A program made the translations under genes and the position numbers. From Octopus sinensis (taxonomy: Eukaryota): a stretch of DNA of 64,000 nucleotides. Each line of letters opens with the position of its first letter. The first letter of the stretch is position 1. Where the stretch lies: positions 116,188,001 through 116,252,000 of the forward strand of contig NC_043001.1 in assembly GCF_006345805.1 (NCBI RefSeq), written 5' to 3'. Of this stretch, positions 51,201 through 63,007 are shown piece by piece. Under the pieces are notes generated by a model that did no database searches, was not told where the DNA came from, and worked only from the letters and a program-made list of their open reading frames with translations.

Positions 51201-52168
51201 GGAGAGGGTAACAATGGCAATAACAGTTTATAGTCCTAGTTTTGTGTAGAACCCCTGTAGTCTTGGAGACACACACCAGTGTTGCATGGAAAAAGGGTGT
51301 GGTAATACTGTGGTTTGTGAAGTAAAACTGACTAGGGGTAGGGTGTAGCTAATAATGTAAAATTTGTGGTGGCATTCAAGAAATGGCAACAGGGGTATTG
51401 GTGTAGGGGTCAGTTGTAGTGGTAATAATGATCCTTAAGGTTCCCTTTATTTCTGCCATTATAATAAACTGTTCAAAAGACACAAGACACAAGAGCGAGA
51501 GACAGGAAAAATTCTTAAATACCATGGCACCAGCACAGAGTTGTGTGAGGTCAGAGCGAGGAATGGAATGTGTGATGTTGTCCCATGTGTGCCAGAACAA
51601 AAGAAGCGGAACTATTTAGAAATTCTAGCCTCCATTTGATGCACCAGACATGTATCGGAGAGGAATATAGGAAGCCTTAAAGAATGCGCTGAAATGCCTG
51701 CTGTTTATGAAACAACACAGGATAAAGGGGCCAAAGGTCAGATGTTTAATTGACACTGTTACAGCAGAAGGAACTGCTCCTGCCTAATTCCCAGTTTTGA
51801 TAGGCTGAGGATGTTGTTTGGGACCAGAGGAAATTCCAATATTTTTATGCAAGGGATTGGCAGGAACAATGAAGCAAGCATGCATGCATACTTTAGTGAC
51901 ACATTCATCCTTACTCATGTTGTTATGAGTGAGTGAATATGTGAGAAAGAGAGAGGGTATGTATGTGTGCGTATACATAAAGAGAGAGTGTGTGTATGTG
52001 TGTACATAGAGAGAGAGAAAGAGAGAGAGAGAGAGAAAGGAAGACAGGCAGACAGAAAGAAAGAGGTGTGTGTATCAATGCCTTCTTTTTGTGTCCAAGC
52101 ACACAAACATATATGTTCATATGCACAAATGTACCTACTCACACACACATATATATATGCATACACAT

Positions 52169-52208
<40 letters not shown>

Positions 52209-52699
52209 GCATACACACACACACACACACAAACACATAGAAGGTGTGTCTATATATTTCAAGACCCTATTGATTAGTATGGAAAGGTCCTCTTCAAGAG
52301 AGACCATGGTAAGGTTATTTTTTTATTTACTGTTTCTAAGAAAGCCCAGCAGTTTCCCATGCATGCAAATTTCCCTCTCCGTGCCACTTATGTTGTCCAG
52401 GGAAACAGCAAGGGCCAGTACAAGTGTTTTAGTAGCCATTGCTGTCATAATGTAAAAAGCTGGAACAGAGGCCACAAGTATTTCCTCCCACCCTTTAACA
52501 GTGCTACCATTCTTCAACCCTAGACTGGTATTTTATTCATCAATCTTGAAAGAATGAAATACAGAGTTAATCTCAGAAGGATTTGAACTCAGGAAACCAA
52601 GATAAATGCCACATGTTACTCTATCCAATACTCTAACAATTTTACCAATTTATGATCATGATTTATGTATACATGCACACACACACAAATATATACACC

Positions 52700-53187
52700 C
52701 GGCAAGCCAAGTGAGATCGTAGCTGTGGCCTATACCAGTGCCGCATAACTGGCCCATTTAAGAGTACCCTTCAGTCATTGGGTACTTGTGCTTTAGAAGA
52801 CCTGTTGAGTCAAGTGAAATCGTAGTTGTGGTCGATAACTGTGCCACCTGACTGGCACCCGTGCCAGTGGCACATAATAGTCACCATTTGAGCGTGGTTG
52901 ATGCCAGTGCCGCCAGAGTGGCTCCCATGTCAGAGGCATGTAAAAGGCTCCATACAAAAGTAGTCAATGCCAGTGCCACATGACTTGCCCCCATGCTGGT
53001 GGCACATAAAAAGCACCCACTACAATCTTGGAGTGGTTGACGTTAGGAAGGGCATCCAGCTGTAGAAACCTTGCCAGACTAGATTGGAGCCTGGTGCAAC
53101 CTCCTGGCTTGCCAGTCCTCAGTCAAACCATCCAACTCATGCCAGCATGGAAAGCAAATGTTAAACAATGATGATGATGATGATGAC
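52700..53187 (+). mobile_element. Long family A repeat
   Basis: Tandem gccagtgcc units, then ...gttaggaagggcatccagctgtagaaac...(gat)n. Confidence 0.85.
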
Positions 53188-53191
53188 ATAT

Positions 53192-53344
53192 TAGGCATGG
53201 TTGTGTGGTAAGAAACCTGCTTCCCAATCACGCATTTCTGGGTTCAGCCCCATTGCGTGGCACTTTGGACAAGTGTCTTCCATAGGTCTGGGTTGACCAA
53301 AACCTTGTGAGTGAATTTGATAGATGGAATCTTAAAGAAGCCAG

Positions 53345-53381
<37 letters not shown>

Positions 53382-53600
53382 CATGCATGTGTCGGTGTGT
53401 GTGTGTGCATCTGAGTTTGTTTCCCACCACTGCTTGACAACTGATATTAATTTCTTTACACCTACACAACACAGCTGTTCAGCAAAAGTGACTGATAAAA
53501 TAAATACCAGCCTTAGAAACAAAATGATAACTGCTAAACACTTCAAAGCAATGCTCCAGTATAGCGACAGTCTAATGACTAACACAAAATAGAAGAGAAA
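53192..53600 (+). mobile_element. Family B SINE, diverged
   Basis: Head, core and tail are recognisable. Confidence 0.75.
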
Positions 53601-53646
53601 AAATATACGTATATATACACACATGAATATATATATATATGTACAG

Positions 53647-53784
53647 GCGATAGGAAGGGCATCTAGCTGTAGAAACACTGCCAGATCTGACTGGCCTGGT
53701 GCAGCCTTCGGGCTCGCCAGACCCCAGTTGAACCGTCCAACCCATGCTAGCATGGAAAGCGGACGTTAAACGATGATGATGATG
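53647..53784 (+). mobile_element. Family A repeat (5'-truncated)
   Basis: taggaagggcatctagctgtagaaacactgccagatc...ggacgttaaac(gat)n. Confidence 0.9.
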
Positions 53785-53969
53785 TACATATGAATATATA
53801 TATATATATATATATACATGAATATATATAAATCCTTAAATCCTTAAAAATGTTTTAGCCCGAAGGCCGCGGCCATGCTGGGGCACCACCGCTGAATGAG
53901 CTACACTAGTTTGTGAATCCCCTCTGATACGTGGCACTTGATCAACAAGGGAGTTCGATGCTGCTGCCC

Positions 53970-53974
53970 ATACA

Positions 53975-54015
<41 letters not shown>

Positions 54016-54039
54016 TATACATGAATATATATATATATT

Positions 54040-54072
<33 letters not shown>

Positions 54073-54100
54073 GAATATAATATATATATATTCATATATA

Positions 54101-54144
<44 letters not shown>

Positions 54145-54206
54145 GAATAATATATATATATATATATATACATACATATACATTAATATATATATATGTA
54201 TAATAA

Positions 54207-54235
<29 letters not shown>
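53970..54235. repeat. (TA)n field punctuated by CATGAA/TTCAT
   Basis: Direct reading. Confidence 0.9.
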
Positions 54236-54237
<2 letters not shown>

Positions 54238-54518
54238 ATTACTTTTTATACATGTTAGGCCACTGGTGGTGAAATTTCTAAAAATACTCGCCACCCTATA
54301 AATTTACGAGTATATATATATATCTGCTGGAGTACACCAGCTGTCAGGAAAGAGAAAGAAAGAGATGCTGCAGAGAGTACAAAGCCATAAGCCATAAACA
54401 GAAAACACATCTTTCTATTTACGACTTATATAGTAGTGTTGGTAGGGGATTCACAAAATGCCTCTGTAAACAACTAAGATGCAATTCCTTTCTCAACATT
54501 TTTCTTCAATATGTCTAA

Positions 54519-54573
<55 letters not shown>

Positions 54574-54614
54574 TCTTTCTTCATACCAAATAACCTGCCA
54601 GACATACTCTAGAT

Positions 54615-54833
54615 CAGTGCTTTTCAAACTTTTTGCTGGAGCGGAACCCCAAAAAAACATTTCACTGGCTCAAGGATCCCCTGTGCAATAATCTAATTGT
54701 CCTATGCACACATATCTGCACAGTAGAATTAAAAATTACTGTAGATTTTAGCATTTTTGTAACTTCTTGTGGAACCCCTGGACTGTACTGGCGGAACCCT
54801 AAGGTTCCGCGGAACCCTGGTTGAAAACCACCG
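54615..54833. mobile_element. hAT (Charlie-type) MITE with perfect 8-bp TSD
   Basis: TSD CTCTAGAT at 54607-54614 and 54834-54841; TIRs cagtgcttttcaa / ttgaaaaccaccg. Confidence 0.92.
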
Positions 54834-55394
54834 CTCTAGATACATAAGCAGTTTAGTTCTTTAGAAATATGGCCACAAAAGAGATTTCTGTTTTAGCCTT
54901 AAGAACACATTAGATAATGTAGTATTTGATATAGATATTAACAGGATGGCCATGGCTGGAAAAACTTCACTATAGATCTATTGTCAAGCCTGATTAACAC
55001 TAGAACTAAACGAGAGGAATGACAGCAACTACGAGCAGCGTATAGTTTTGCAAGTGATTCTGTATAGTTACATTAGTGTGTTTAGGCACATGTTCATATA
55101 TGTGTGTATTTGTATAATGTGTATGTGTGTGTGTGAGAGAGTGTGTGTATGCACATGTATATGCATGTGTGTATGTATGCATGTGCACTTAATACAGATA
55201 TCTAATCACTGAAACTAAACAGTGTTTACAGCTGATTAGTAGGATAAATTAGGTGATGTAAGAATAATCCCCTTTTTTTTTTTTTTTACCGAAGGACCAA
55301 GACCTGATGAGCTTAAGCAGCTGAAACACAATCCACAACAACACTGTAATTGGCTTTACTATATGTCATTATATAATGTTAAGCCATTGTTCAT

Positions 55395-55556
55395 GTGGTA
55401 AGTAGCTTGTTTACCAACCACATGGTTCCGGGTTCAGTCCCACTGTGTGGCACCTTGGGCAAGAGTCTTCTTCTATAGCCTCAGGCTGACCAAAGCCTTG
55501 TGAGTAGATTTGGTAGATGGAAACTGAAAGAAGCCCATCGTATATATGTATATATG

Positions 55557-55596
<40 letters not shown>

Positions 55597-55793
55597 TCCC
55601 CCCCCCCACATCGCTTGACAACCGATGCTGGTGTGTTTGTGTCCCCGTAACTTAGCGGTTCAGCAAAAGAGACCGATAGAATAAGTACTAGGCTTACAAA
55701 GAATAAGTCCTGGGGTCGATTTGCTCGACTAAATGCGGTGCTCCAGCATGGCCGCAGTCAAATGACTGAAATAAGTAAAAGAGTAAAAGAGTA
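55395..55793 (+). mobile_element. Family B SINE (5' end slightly truncated)
   Basis: Aligns by eye to 11442-11864. Confidence 0.92.
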
Positions 55794-55848
55794 TGCATAT
55801 ACATGCATACGTATACATACATATATGTATATATGTACATACATACAT

Positions 55849-55906
<58 letters not shown>

Positions 55907-55979
55907 TAATAAATAAAACATATGCATATATACATACATATATGTACGTACCTACCTCTACATGTATATATACATGCAT

Positions 55980-56350
55980 ATATGGGTACAGGACACCAAA
56001 AAACGTCGAACACAATGAGAAACGAAAACATAAACACAAAACCAAGGAACTGGACATTTTTCTTAAACAACGAAAAAATAGAGTACAGGACAAATAACAC
56101 AAGGAAAAAAACCCCTTCTTCAGTCGCCATGGTTTCATCTACTCTGTGTTTGAAGGTGGAGGCAATACGCATCTTCGATAGAATCTTTCGTTCCCGTGAA
56201 AAGCAAATTAAATAAAATTTGAGATCTTTATGCGGAGGGGTAAAAATGGTAACAAAAACAGGACAGTAACGACAGTACAAAATATAAGCAGTAAAAGACA
56301 GGACAAGGAGAATAACAAAACAAGAAGGGCTGTTAAGCCGAACGAGATAA
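55980..56350. mobile_element. Unclassified repeat, possibly a Penelope-derived terminal region
   Basis: CpG-containing block flanked by (TA)n with ccccttcttcag...gtttgaagg motifs. Classification is inference. Confidence 0.35.
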
Positions 56351-56353
56351 AGT

Positions 56354-56730
56354 ATCATCATCATCATCATCGTTTAGCGTCCGTTTTCCATGCTAGCATG
56401 GGTTGGACGGTTCAACTGGGGTCTGTGAAGCCGGAAGGCTTCATCAGGCCTAGTCAGATCTGGCAGTGTTTCTACGGCTGGATGCCCTTCCTAACGCCAA
56501 CCACTCCATGAGTGTAGTGGGTGCTTTTTACGTGCCACCTGCACAGGTGCCAGACAGAGCTGGCAAATGGCCACGAACGGATAGTGCTTTTTATGTGCCA
56601 CCGGCACGGGGGCCAGGCGAGGCTGGCAACGGACATGAACGGATGGTGCTTTTTACGTGCCACCGGATGAGGCCAGTCGGGGGGCGGCGCTGGCAACGGT
56701 CACGAACGGATGGTTCTCTTACATGCCACC
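56354..56730 (-). mobile_element. Family A repeat with three to four internal units
   Basis: (cat)n tail plus cacgaacggat(a/g)gtgctttt units. Confidence 0.9.
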
Positions 56731-57473
56731 AAGTATATGAACGCTATTTTTGAGAACGGCGAAGGAGCAACAGAAAATGCCGTCTACACTTCAAGGAAAC
56801 CGGGTCAGAAAAACATGTATACACACACACACATACATGTGTATGTGTGTGTGTGTGAATAAAGATGGACAGACAAACTGACCAAAAGTGCAAAGACACA
56901 TACATGTACCTTGTGACATACATCCAGCAGCAGCAAGCTCACACAAGTCATGTCTAACTGAACAGATCCTTTAGATAAACGTGTTAAAAATAAAACTTAT
57001 TCCATCCGTTGAATCATTGAATATTCAAATAGTGTTTGGTGGAAATATATGTAAATAGAGGCAACTATATTGGGATTTGTTTGGAGACAGTAATGTAGAT
57101 TAAATTGTCATGGAGAAGGATTGAATAAATGCCTGATACATTTCGGAATAATGCTCAGTGGTATTTACTAAAAAAAGAAAATGGTAATGGCGAAGTGTAT
57201 TCTTTGATATTGAGATTTAGTGAAGAGAAGTGGGGAGCTGCATTGTATGTGGTGCGTGATTCAATGATTCGTATCTAGGTTTGTCTCGCATGCCAATACG
57301 GGCGTCGGCGTCAATGGAGCAGTCTGCGGAAGATTATTTTCCCCACATAATAGGAATAATAAATCATAGACAACTTCAATGGTTTCTTCTCAATGTTCTG
57401 GTCAACTGAACAATCACCAAACTGATAACTGTAGAGATAGAAATATTAGTGATATCAGTGTGTATTTGCTTGT

Positions 57474-57498
57474 GTGTGTGTGTGTGTGTGTGTGTGTT

Positions 57499-57529
<31 letters not shown>

Positions 57530-57572
57530 TTGTGTGTGTGCGTGTGTGTGTGTGTGTTTGTGTGTGTGTGTT

Positions 57573-57603
<31 letters not shown>

Positions 57604-57649
57604 TGTGTGTGTGTGTGCGTGTGTGTGTGTGTGTTTGTGTGTGTGTGTT

Positions 57650-57711
<62 letters not shown>

Positions 57712-57800
57712 TGTGTGCGTGTGTGTGTGTTTGTGTGTGTGTTTGTGTGCTTGTGTGTTTGTGTGCGTGTGTGTGTGTGTGTGTTTGTATGTGTGTGTGT
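57474..57800 (+). repeat. (GT)n of about 330 bp, interrupted
   Basis: Direct reading; source of the CV/HT ORFs. Confidence 0.95.
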
Positions 57801-57960
57801 GGGCATGACTGTATAATAAGAGTTTTGCTTCCTAGTTTCATGGTTCTGGATCCGACTATGTGGCACCTTGAGCAAGTGTCTTCTACTATAACCCTGGGCC
57901 AGCTAAAAAGCCTTGTGAGTGGATTTGGTAGGTGGAAATTGAAAAGAAGCTTGTTGCATA
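57800..57960 (+). mobile_element. Family B SINE 5' half
   Basis: gtggcaccttgagcaagtgtcttctactata...gccttgtgagtggatttggtag. Confidence 0.8.
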
Positions 57961-58016
57961 TATCTGTATGTACATACGTATGTATGTATGTATGTATGTA
58001 TGTATGTATGTACGTA

Positions 58017-58170
58017 TCACCATCATCATTTAACGTCCGTTTTTCCATGTAGCATGGGTTGGACGGTTCAACTGGGGTCTGGGAAGCCAGAAGGCTGCGC
58101 CAGGCCCAGTCTGATCTGGCAGTGTTTCTACAGCTGGATGCCCTTCCTAACGCCAACCACTCCGAGAGTG
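58017..58170 (-). mobile_element. Family A repeat
   Basis: catcatttaacgtccgtttttccatg...ctaacgccaaccactccgagagtg. Confidence 0.9.
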
Positions 58171-58234
58171 TATGTATGTATGTATGTATGTATGTATGTA
58201 TGTATGTATGTATGTGTGTGTATGTGTGTATGTG

Positions 58235-58637
58235 TGTTGCTGTCTCCTTGCCTTGATATCATGTGATAGTCGTAAATGAGTATCGCTGTCATACAAGCAG
58301 TGTTGTTCATTTCCAATATTCGGCAAAATCATGTCATAGATCAAAGAGAACTATTTCCTTTCTTGTAAACAGGTGAGGGTTAGCAACAGGAAGCTGTAGA
58401 AAATCTGCTTCAACCAATTATGTCCAACCTATGTTTGCACGGTTCAGATGGAGTTTATTGAGACAGATTTCACAAAGCCAGATGCCCTTCCTATCACCGA
58501 TCCTCACCTGTTTCCAAGTAAGGTATTATTTCCCAATAGCCTGACATGTTTCTGCAGAATATTGGAAATGAACGACACCACTTAAATGACAGTGAAACTC
58601 ATTTACAACTATTAACCAATATCAAGAGACAGAAACA
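58235..58637. mobile_element. Inverted pair of family J repeats (about 185-bp arms)
   Basis: gtaaatgagt...ctgtcat...gttcatttccaatatt...aaacaggtgagg at about 58235-58420, with its reverse complement at about 58440-58637. Another copy lies at about 61620-61850. Confidence 0.82.
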
Positions 58638-58640
58638 CAA

Positions 58641-58686
<46 letters not shown>

Positions 58687-59304
58687 CAGCCCTAGGCCGG
58701 CATAAATGTTGATGATTGTCTGTGTGTGTGTGTGGTGTGTTATGTGACACATGCACCAGTAATTGTTCCTCATCTCTAATACATCCACCTATCAAAATAT
58801 TAAGCATCACTGATTCTTGATGATTAATTAATAGGTTTGTTAACTACTTAATTGGTTGTTTGATTAATTAATTGTCCAGTCTGACATATCTTACAAATTC
58901 TCGAAGCTAAAGCTGTCCAAATATTTTATCACTGTTAACTTAGTGAAATAGAAAATTTATTTTAAAACGTTGCTTCTCAATCAAGTTAATTACATAAGTT
59001 AATTCAAGTTCATTAGATGCTAACTGTATGCTTCCTGGCTCTTCATTCTGTTATATACCAGTTCCTATTTTAAAACCATGCTTCAACCAATACAGCTGTT
59101 TGACCATATTCCTGCTAATTTGTGGCTAGACTGCTAATTTGAACAGATAATCACAGCTTCTAACAAAATAAACATGTTTTCTTTTTTGTACATGAAAGAA
59201 ATGTTAACTTATTAGATCATATCTTCATCATATTAATACAGCTGGATGTCTTACACACAGCCATGTCTATTGCTGTGAGTATTGTGTTGATGGTATGACT
59301 GAAG

Positions 59305-59850
59305 CCCTGAGTACATGAGTGTATGTAAATGGGTATGAGTGTGTGTGTGTGTGTGTGTGTGTATGTAAGTGTGTGTGTGTGTGTGTGTGTGTGTACATGA
59401 GGGAGTTTGAGTGTGTATGTGAGCTAGAGTAGTCATGAACATGAGAAAACATGCCTGAGTATATGAGTGTATGCAAATCTGTGTGTGTGTATGTAAGTGT
59501 GTGTGTGTGTGTATGTAAGTGTGTGTGTGTGTGTGTGTGTATGTAAGTGTGTGTGTGTGTGTGTGTACATAAGGGAGTTTGTGTGTGTATGTGAGCTAGA
59601 GTAGTCATGAACATGAGAAAACATGCCTGAGTATATGAGTGTATGCAAATCTGTGTGTGTGTATGTAAGTGTGTGTGTGTGTGTATGTAAGTGTGTGTGT
59701 GTGTGTGTGTGTATGTAAGTGTGTGTGTGTGTGTGTGTACATAAGGGAGTTTGTGTGTGTATGTGAGCTAGAGTAGTCATGTACATGAGAAAAACATGCC
59801 TGAGTATGTGAGTGTGTGTATACAAGTGTGTGTGTGTGAGTACATGCATG
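59305..59850 (+). repeat. 172-bp tandem repeat, about three copies
   Basis: gagctagagtagtcatg anchors at 59421, 59593 and 59765. Confidence 0.9.
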
Positions 59851-60744
59851 TAGATGAGAGAGAATGCCAGAGTTCACCAATGTCTACAATATATGAGTTT
59901 GTGCATGTGTATGTGAATGCGTGTGTGTATGTATATGTGTATGTGTGACTACATGCATGTACATGAGAGAACGCCTGAACAGTACACCAATGTATGCAAA
60001 TATGTGGTGTGTGAGTGTGGTGTGTGTGTTTTCACTTCACAAACCATAGGTTGTGAGTTCATATCTATCTATAGCAGATGTTACCTTTATTTTTTTTCTC
60101 TTGGCATGAAAGAATTATTCTCAATTCATTAGAGATATCTTTAACTGTTTGTGTCCCAAGATTCCAAGAAATGTAAGATGACAGAGTGACATTAGGATAT
60201 AATTTGTACTTGAAAATTTATTTGGTCACCTTAAAGAAGAAATTATGGTGTCACTTGGTGAAGTAAACAGAAGCAAACAACTGTAAGATTTGTACATTTT
60301 TACTTTTGTTTTTCTATTCAAACATAGGTAAGCCAAATACATATTACTGAGGTACTGTTTTTACAGCTGGATGCCTATGCTGCCACTTATCCTTACCTGT
60401 TTTTCAAGTAAGGAAGTTTCCATTCCCACTCAACTTTGAAAATGCAGAGCTAATGGATGATTTGTTGACTGGGAAATGACCGTATAGAATACTGCCATAG
60501 TCCAGTCATTTTTCATCCTATTACAGAATAAAACACATTCACAGAGACACATACGCACACATACACACACACACATGCAATCATTTTAAAGTACACTTTT
60601 CCAAATTTGTGGGGTTAGAAGGAGTTTATTGAAGCAGATTTTCTCTGGCCACATGTGCATCCTGTTACCAACCATCTCTGGTTTCCAGACAAGAAAACAC
60701 AAACACACATACTTATTTACACGTGTGTGTGTGGTGCAGTGAAT

Positions 60745-61288
60745 GTATTTTCATCTAAATTACACAAAAACGAAAATAACACTGACATCCCATTTCAACA
60801 GATATATTTACCACAATTAAGTTTATCTTGAAATACTAAAGAGTAAATTTATTCACTAAAATCACTACTGGCTTCAATCATGGCCTCCAGACAGCTCTGG
60901 AATACCCTGCAACTTTTCTGGGCGATCTCCTTGGTGAATACTGCCATAATCCTTGCCTTCAGTCCATCTTTGGTGTTACAAGGAGTTTTGTTGGTCTCTC
61001 ATTCAACTGCACCCCACACATAATAATCAAGGGGGTTGCAGTTTGGGGAATTAGGTGGCCAAATGTTAGGGGTGATGAGGTCCCAGAAATTGTCTGACAG
61101 CACAAACGCCAAGCAGTACAGCATGTTGCTTCCACATTTCTGGCAGAGTGAATTGCTTCATGGTGTTGTTTTTCTCACAGATGGTGCCCAACTGACCCTA
61201 CTATAATCTGTAGTCGACAAAATCAAAAACAAACTATGCACGAAATTGAAAATATAAAAGGGCAACAATTTACTTATCACACCTTGTA
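60745..61288 (-). mobile_element. Internally deleted Tc1/mariner (DD37D/maT-like) element
   Basis: Minus strand: TA|caaggtgtgataagtaaattgttgccc terminus. ATG at 61161 (MKQFTLPEMWKQHAVLLG) is fused to a C-terminal piece, LSDNFWDLITPNIWPPNSPNCNPLDYYVWGAVE*ETNKTPCNTKDGLKARIMAVF...LEAMIEASSDFSE* (61100-60849). Other TIR not found. Confidence 0.8.
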
Positions 61289-61304
61289 TATATATGTACA
61301 TGTA

Positions 61305-61367
<63 letters not shown>

Positions 61368-61424
61368 CATATATGCTCATGTGTGTGTGTATATATATAT
61401 GTATATCTTAGGTGGATGCGCTTC

Positions 61425-61605
61425 CCAGTAGTTGGCATTAGGAAGGGCATTCAGCTGTAGAAACTAAGCCAAAATAGATCATGTTGTCTGGTGTGGTTCC
61501 CCTAGCCATGCCAGTTCTTTTCAAGCCATCCAACACATGCTAGCATAGAAAACAGACATTAGATGTTGCTGTTGATTATGATGATGATGATGATGAAGAT
61601 GAGGA
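61425..61605 (+). mobile_element. Family A repeat, diverged
   Basis: gttggcattaggaagggcattcagctgtagaaac...(gat)n. Confidence 0.78.
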
Positions 61606-61859
61606 TTTTGATCACCACTCTTTCAGATTGTATTTATTGGGGCAGATTTTTCGGGCTGAATGCTCATCCTGTCACTAATCTTTATATATTTACAAGTGAG
61701 GTAACATGTCCTCCTGGTTTGAGATGTTTCCACAAAAGATTGGAAACAAAGGACACCACCTGCATGATAGTGACACTCATTTACAACAACCACATGATGT
61801 CAAAACAAGGACACACCAAGACATACACACACACACACACAGACACACATAACACACAC

Positions 61860-62008
61860 AATAGGCGTCTTTTAGTTTCCATCTATCAAATTCACTCACA
61901 TGGCTTTTGTTGGCCCAAGCTATAGAAGTCCTCTGCCCAAGATGCCACACAGTGGGACTGAACCCCAAACCATGTACTTATAAAGCAAACAATGCAACCA
62001 CAGAGCCA
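61860..62008 (-). mobile_element. Family B SINE 5' half, diverged
   Basis: tttccatctatcaaattcactcac...gccacacagtgggactgaaccc. Confidence 0.75.
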
Positions 62009-62467
62009 CTTGTTTTACTAACAGAAGAAAGCAACCATAGAAAATATCAACATATAAAAGTTAACAAAGAAGCCTCTATGTGCTTGTTTGACCTGCTGGA
62101 AACAGCAACCACATTGCCTTCCAAATTTTCTGTAAATTTAAAATACATATCCCAATTGTAACCCTGTAACTTATGATGATCCCTCACTGCACATCAGTGT
62201 GCGGCAAGGTCCTTAGGTGTGGTGTACCTGGAACAACAGGTGTGTACATCAGGGCTAGTCATTCCACCAACTACCTATGTGTGCCATAGGAATGTCCAAT
62301 CAAAACCAATCTTGATCTACTCACCAACAACAACAACTATAACATATATATAATTACTGAAGAGAAAATGAAGAAATGAAAATCAAAAACAAAAACTATA
62401 AAAAAAAAACAGAAAAAGGAAAATCTAAAAAAACATATATATAAAAAATTAACACTGATCAACTTAC

Positions 62468-62563
62468 CTGATCAACAAGATGTAACTTTGTAACATATGC
62501 CCTTTCTGTCTTAAGTAATTCCTCCACAATTTTGTACCTGATATTTTTTTGTTTCTCAGATTC
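62468..62563 (-). CDS. FGD: Internal coding exon (96 nt, phase 0-0) of an FGD-family RhoGEF; start of the DH domain
   Basis: Minus strand reads ttttatag|GAATCT...GTTGATCAG|gtaagt. Translates without stops to ESEKQKNIRYKIVEELLKTERAYVTKLHLVDQ, matching DH helix 1 of FGD1/FGD4 (IANELLxTERAYVxRLxLLDQ, recalled). Confidence 0.93.
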
Positions 62564-62866
62564 CTATAAAAAGATAAACAGAAACATGAATATATAACAG
62601 CCGCAGCATATTTTAAACATACTTAATCTTTTATTCTCTTAATGGATTCAGTCATTTTAGTGTGGACATATTGGGGCTGGGGGAAAACACATTTTTATGG
62701 GTATAGTTTGTTGCATCGACCACCTCTATACTTTTTTCATTAATCTCAGAAGACTGGGGACAAAGAGGAACTGCATGAAATTGGAACTCGGAATGCAAGG
62801 ACACACAATCAAATAAATAGCAAAAGGTAGTTTGTCTATTGAAAACAGTTGTTATTATCCTATATA

Positions 62867-63007
62867 CTAGGTTGTCCCAAAACTTCTTAAACACTTGCGA
62901 AAATTGAATTTTTACTCGCCAAGTACTAACAAAAACAACAAAAATTATTCCTCAAAATAAAGACCATTATTTTCCAAGACTTTCTACGAACTTTTGGGAC
63001 AACCTTA
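62867..63007. mobile_element. Mariner-type MITE (141 bp)
   Basis: TA|ctaggttgtcccaaaacttc ... gaacttttgggacaacctta|TA. Confidence 0.82.

Larger units (their letters stand above)
12119..62467 (-). other. FGD: 50,349-bp phase-0 GT-AG intron of the FGD-like gene
   Basis: Donor gtaagt at 62467-62462 and acceptor ttttctag ending at 12119. The flanking exons give contiguous DH sequence (LVDQ|VFQF) with no residues apparently missing. Confidence 0.85.

Noticed and set aside
55303-55350. Hammerhead-like CTGATGAgcttaagcagctGAAAC
   Set aside because: One base out of register for the core, and no credible stems I and III.
56108-56160. Permuted hammerhead-like motifs on the minus strand
   Set aside because: G12 is missing and stems I and III do not form.
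57379-58156. Long Cys/Val- and His/Thr-rich ORFs (also the many similar ORFs in the track)
   Set aside because: They are translations of (GT)n, (CA)n, (TA)n and (CT)n microsatellites and SINE sequence.
62652-62894. 80-aa minus-strand ORF just upstream of the FGD exon
   Set aside because: It starts inside a mariner MITE, has no convincing donor and shows no FGD similarity.
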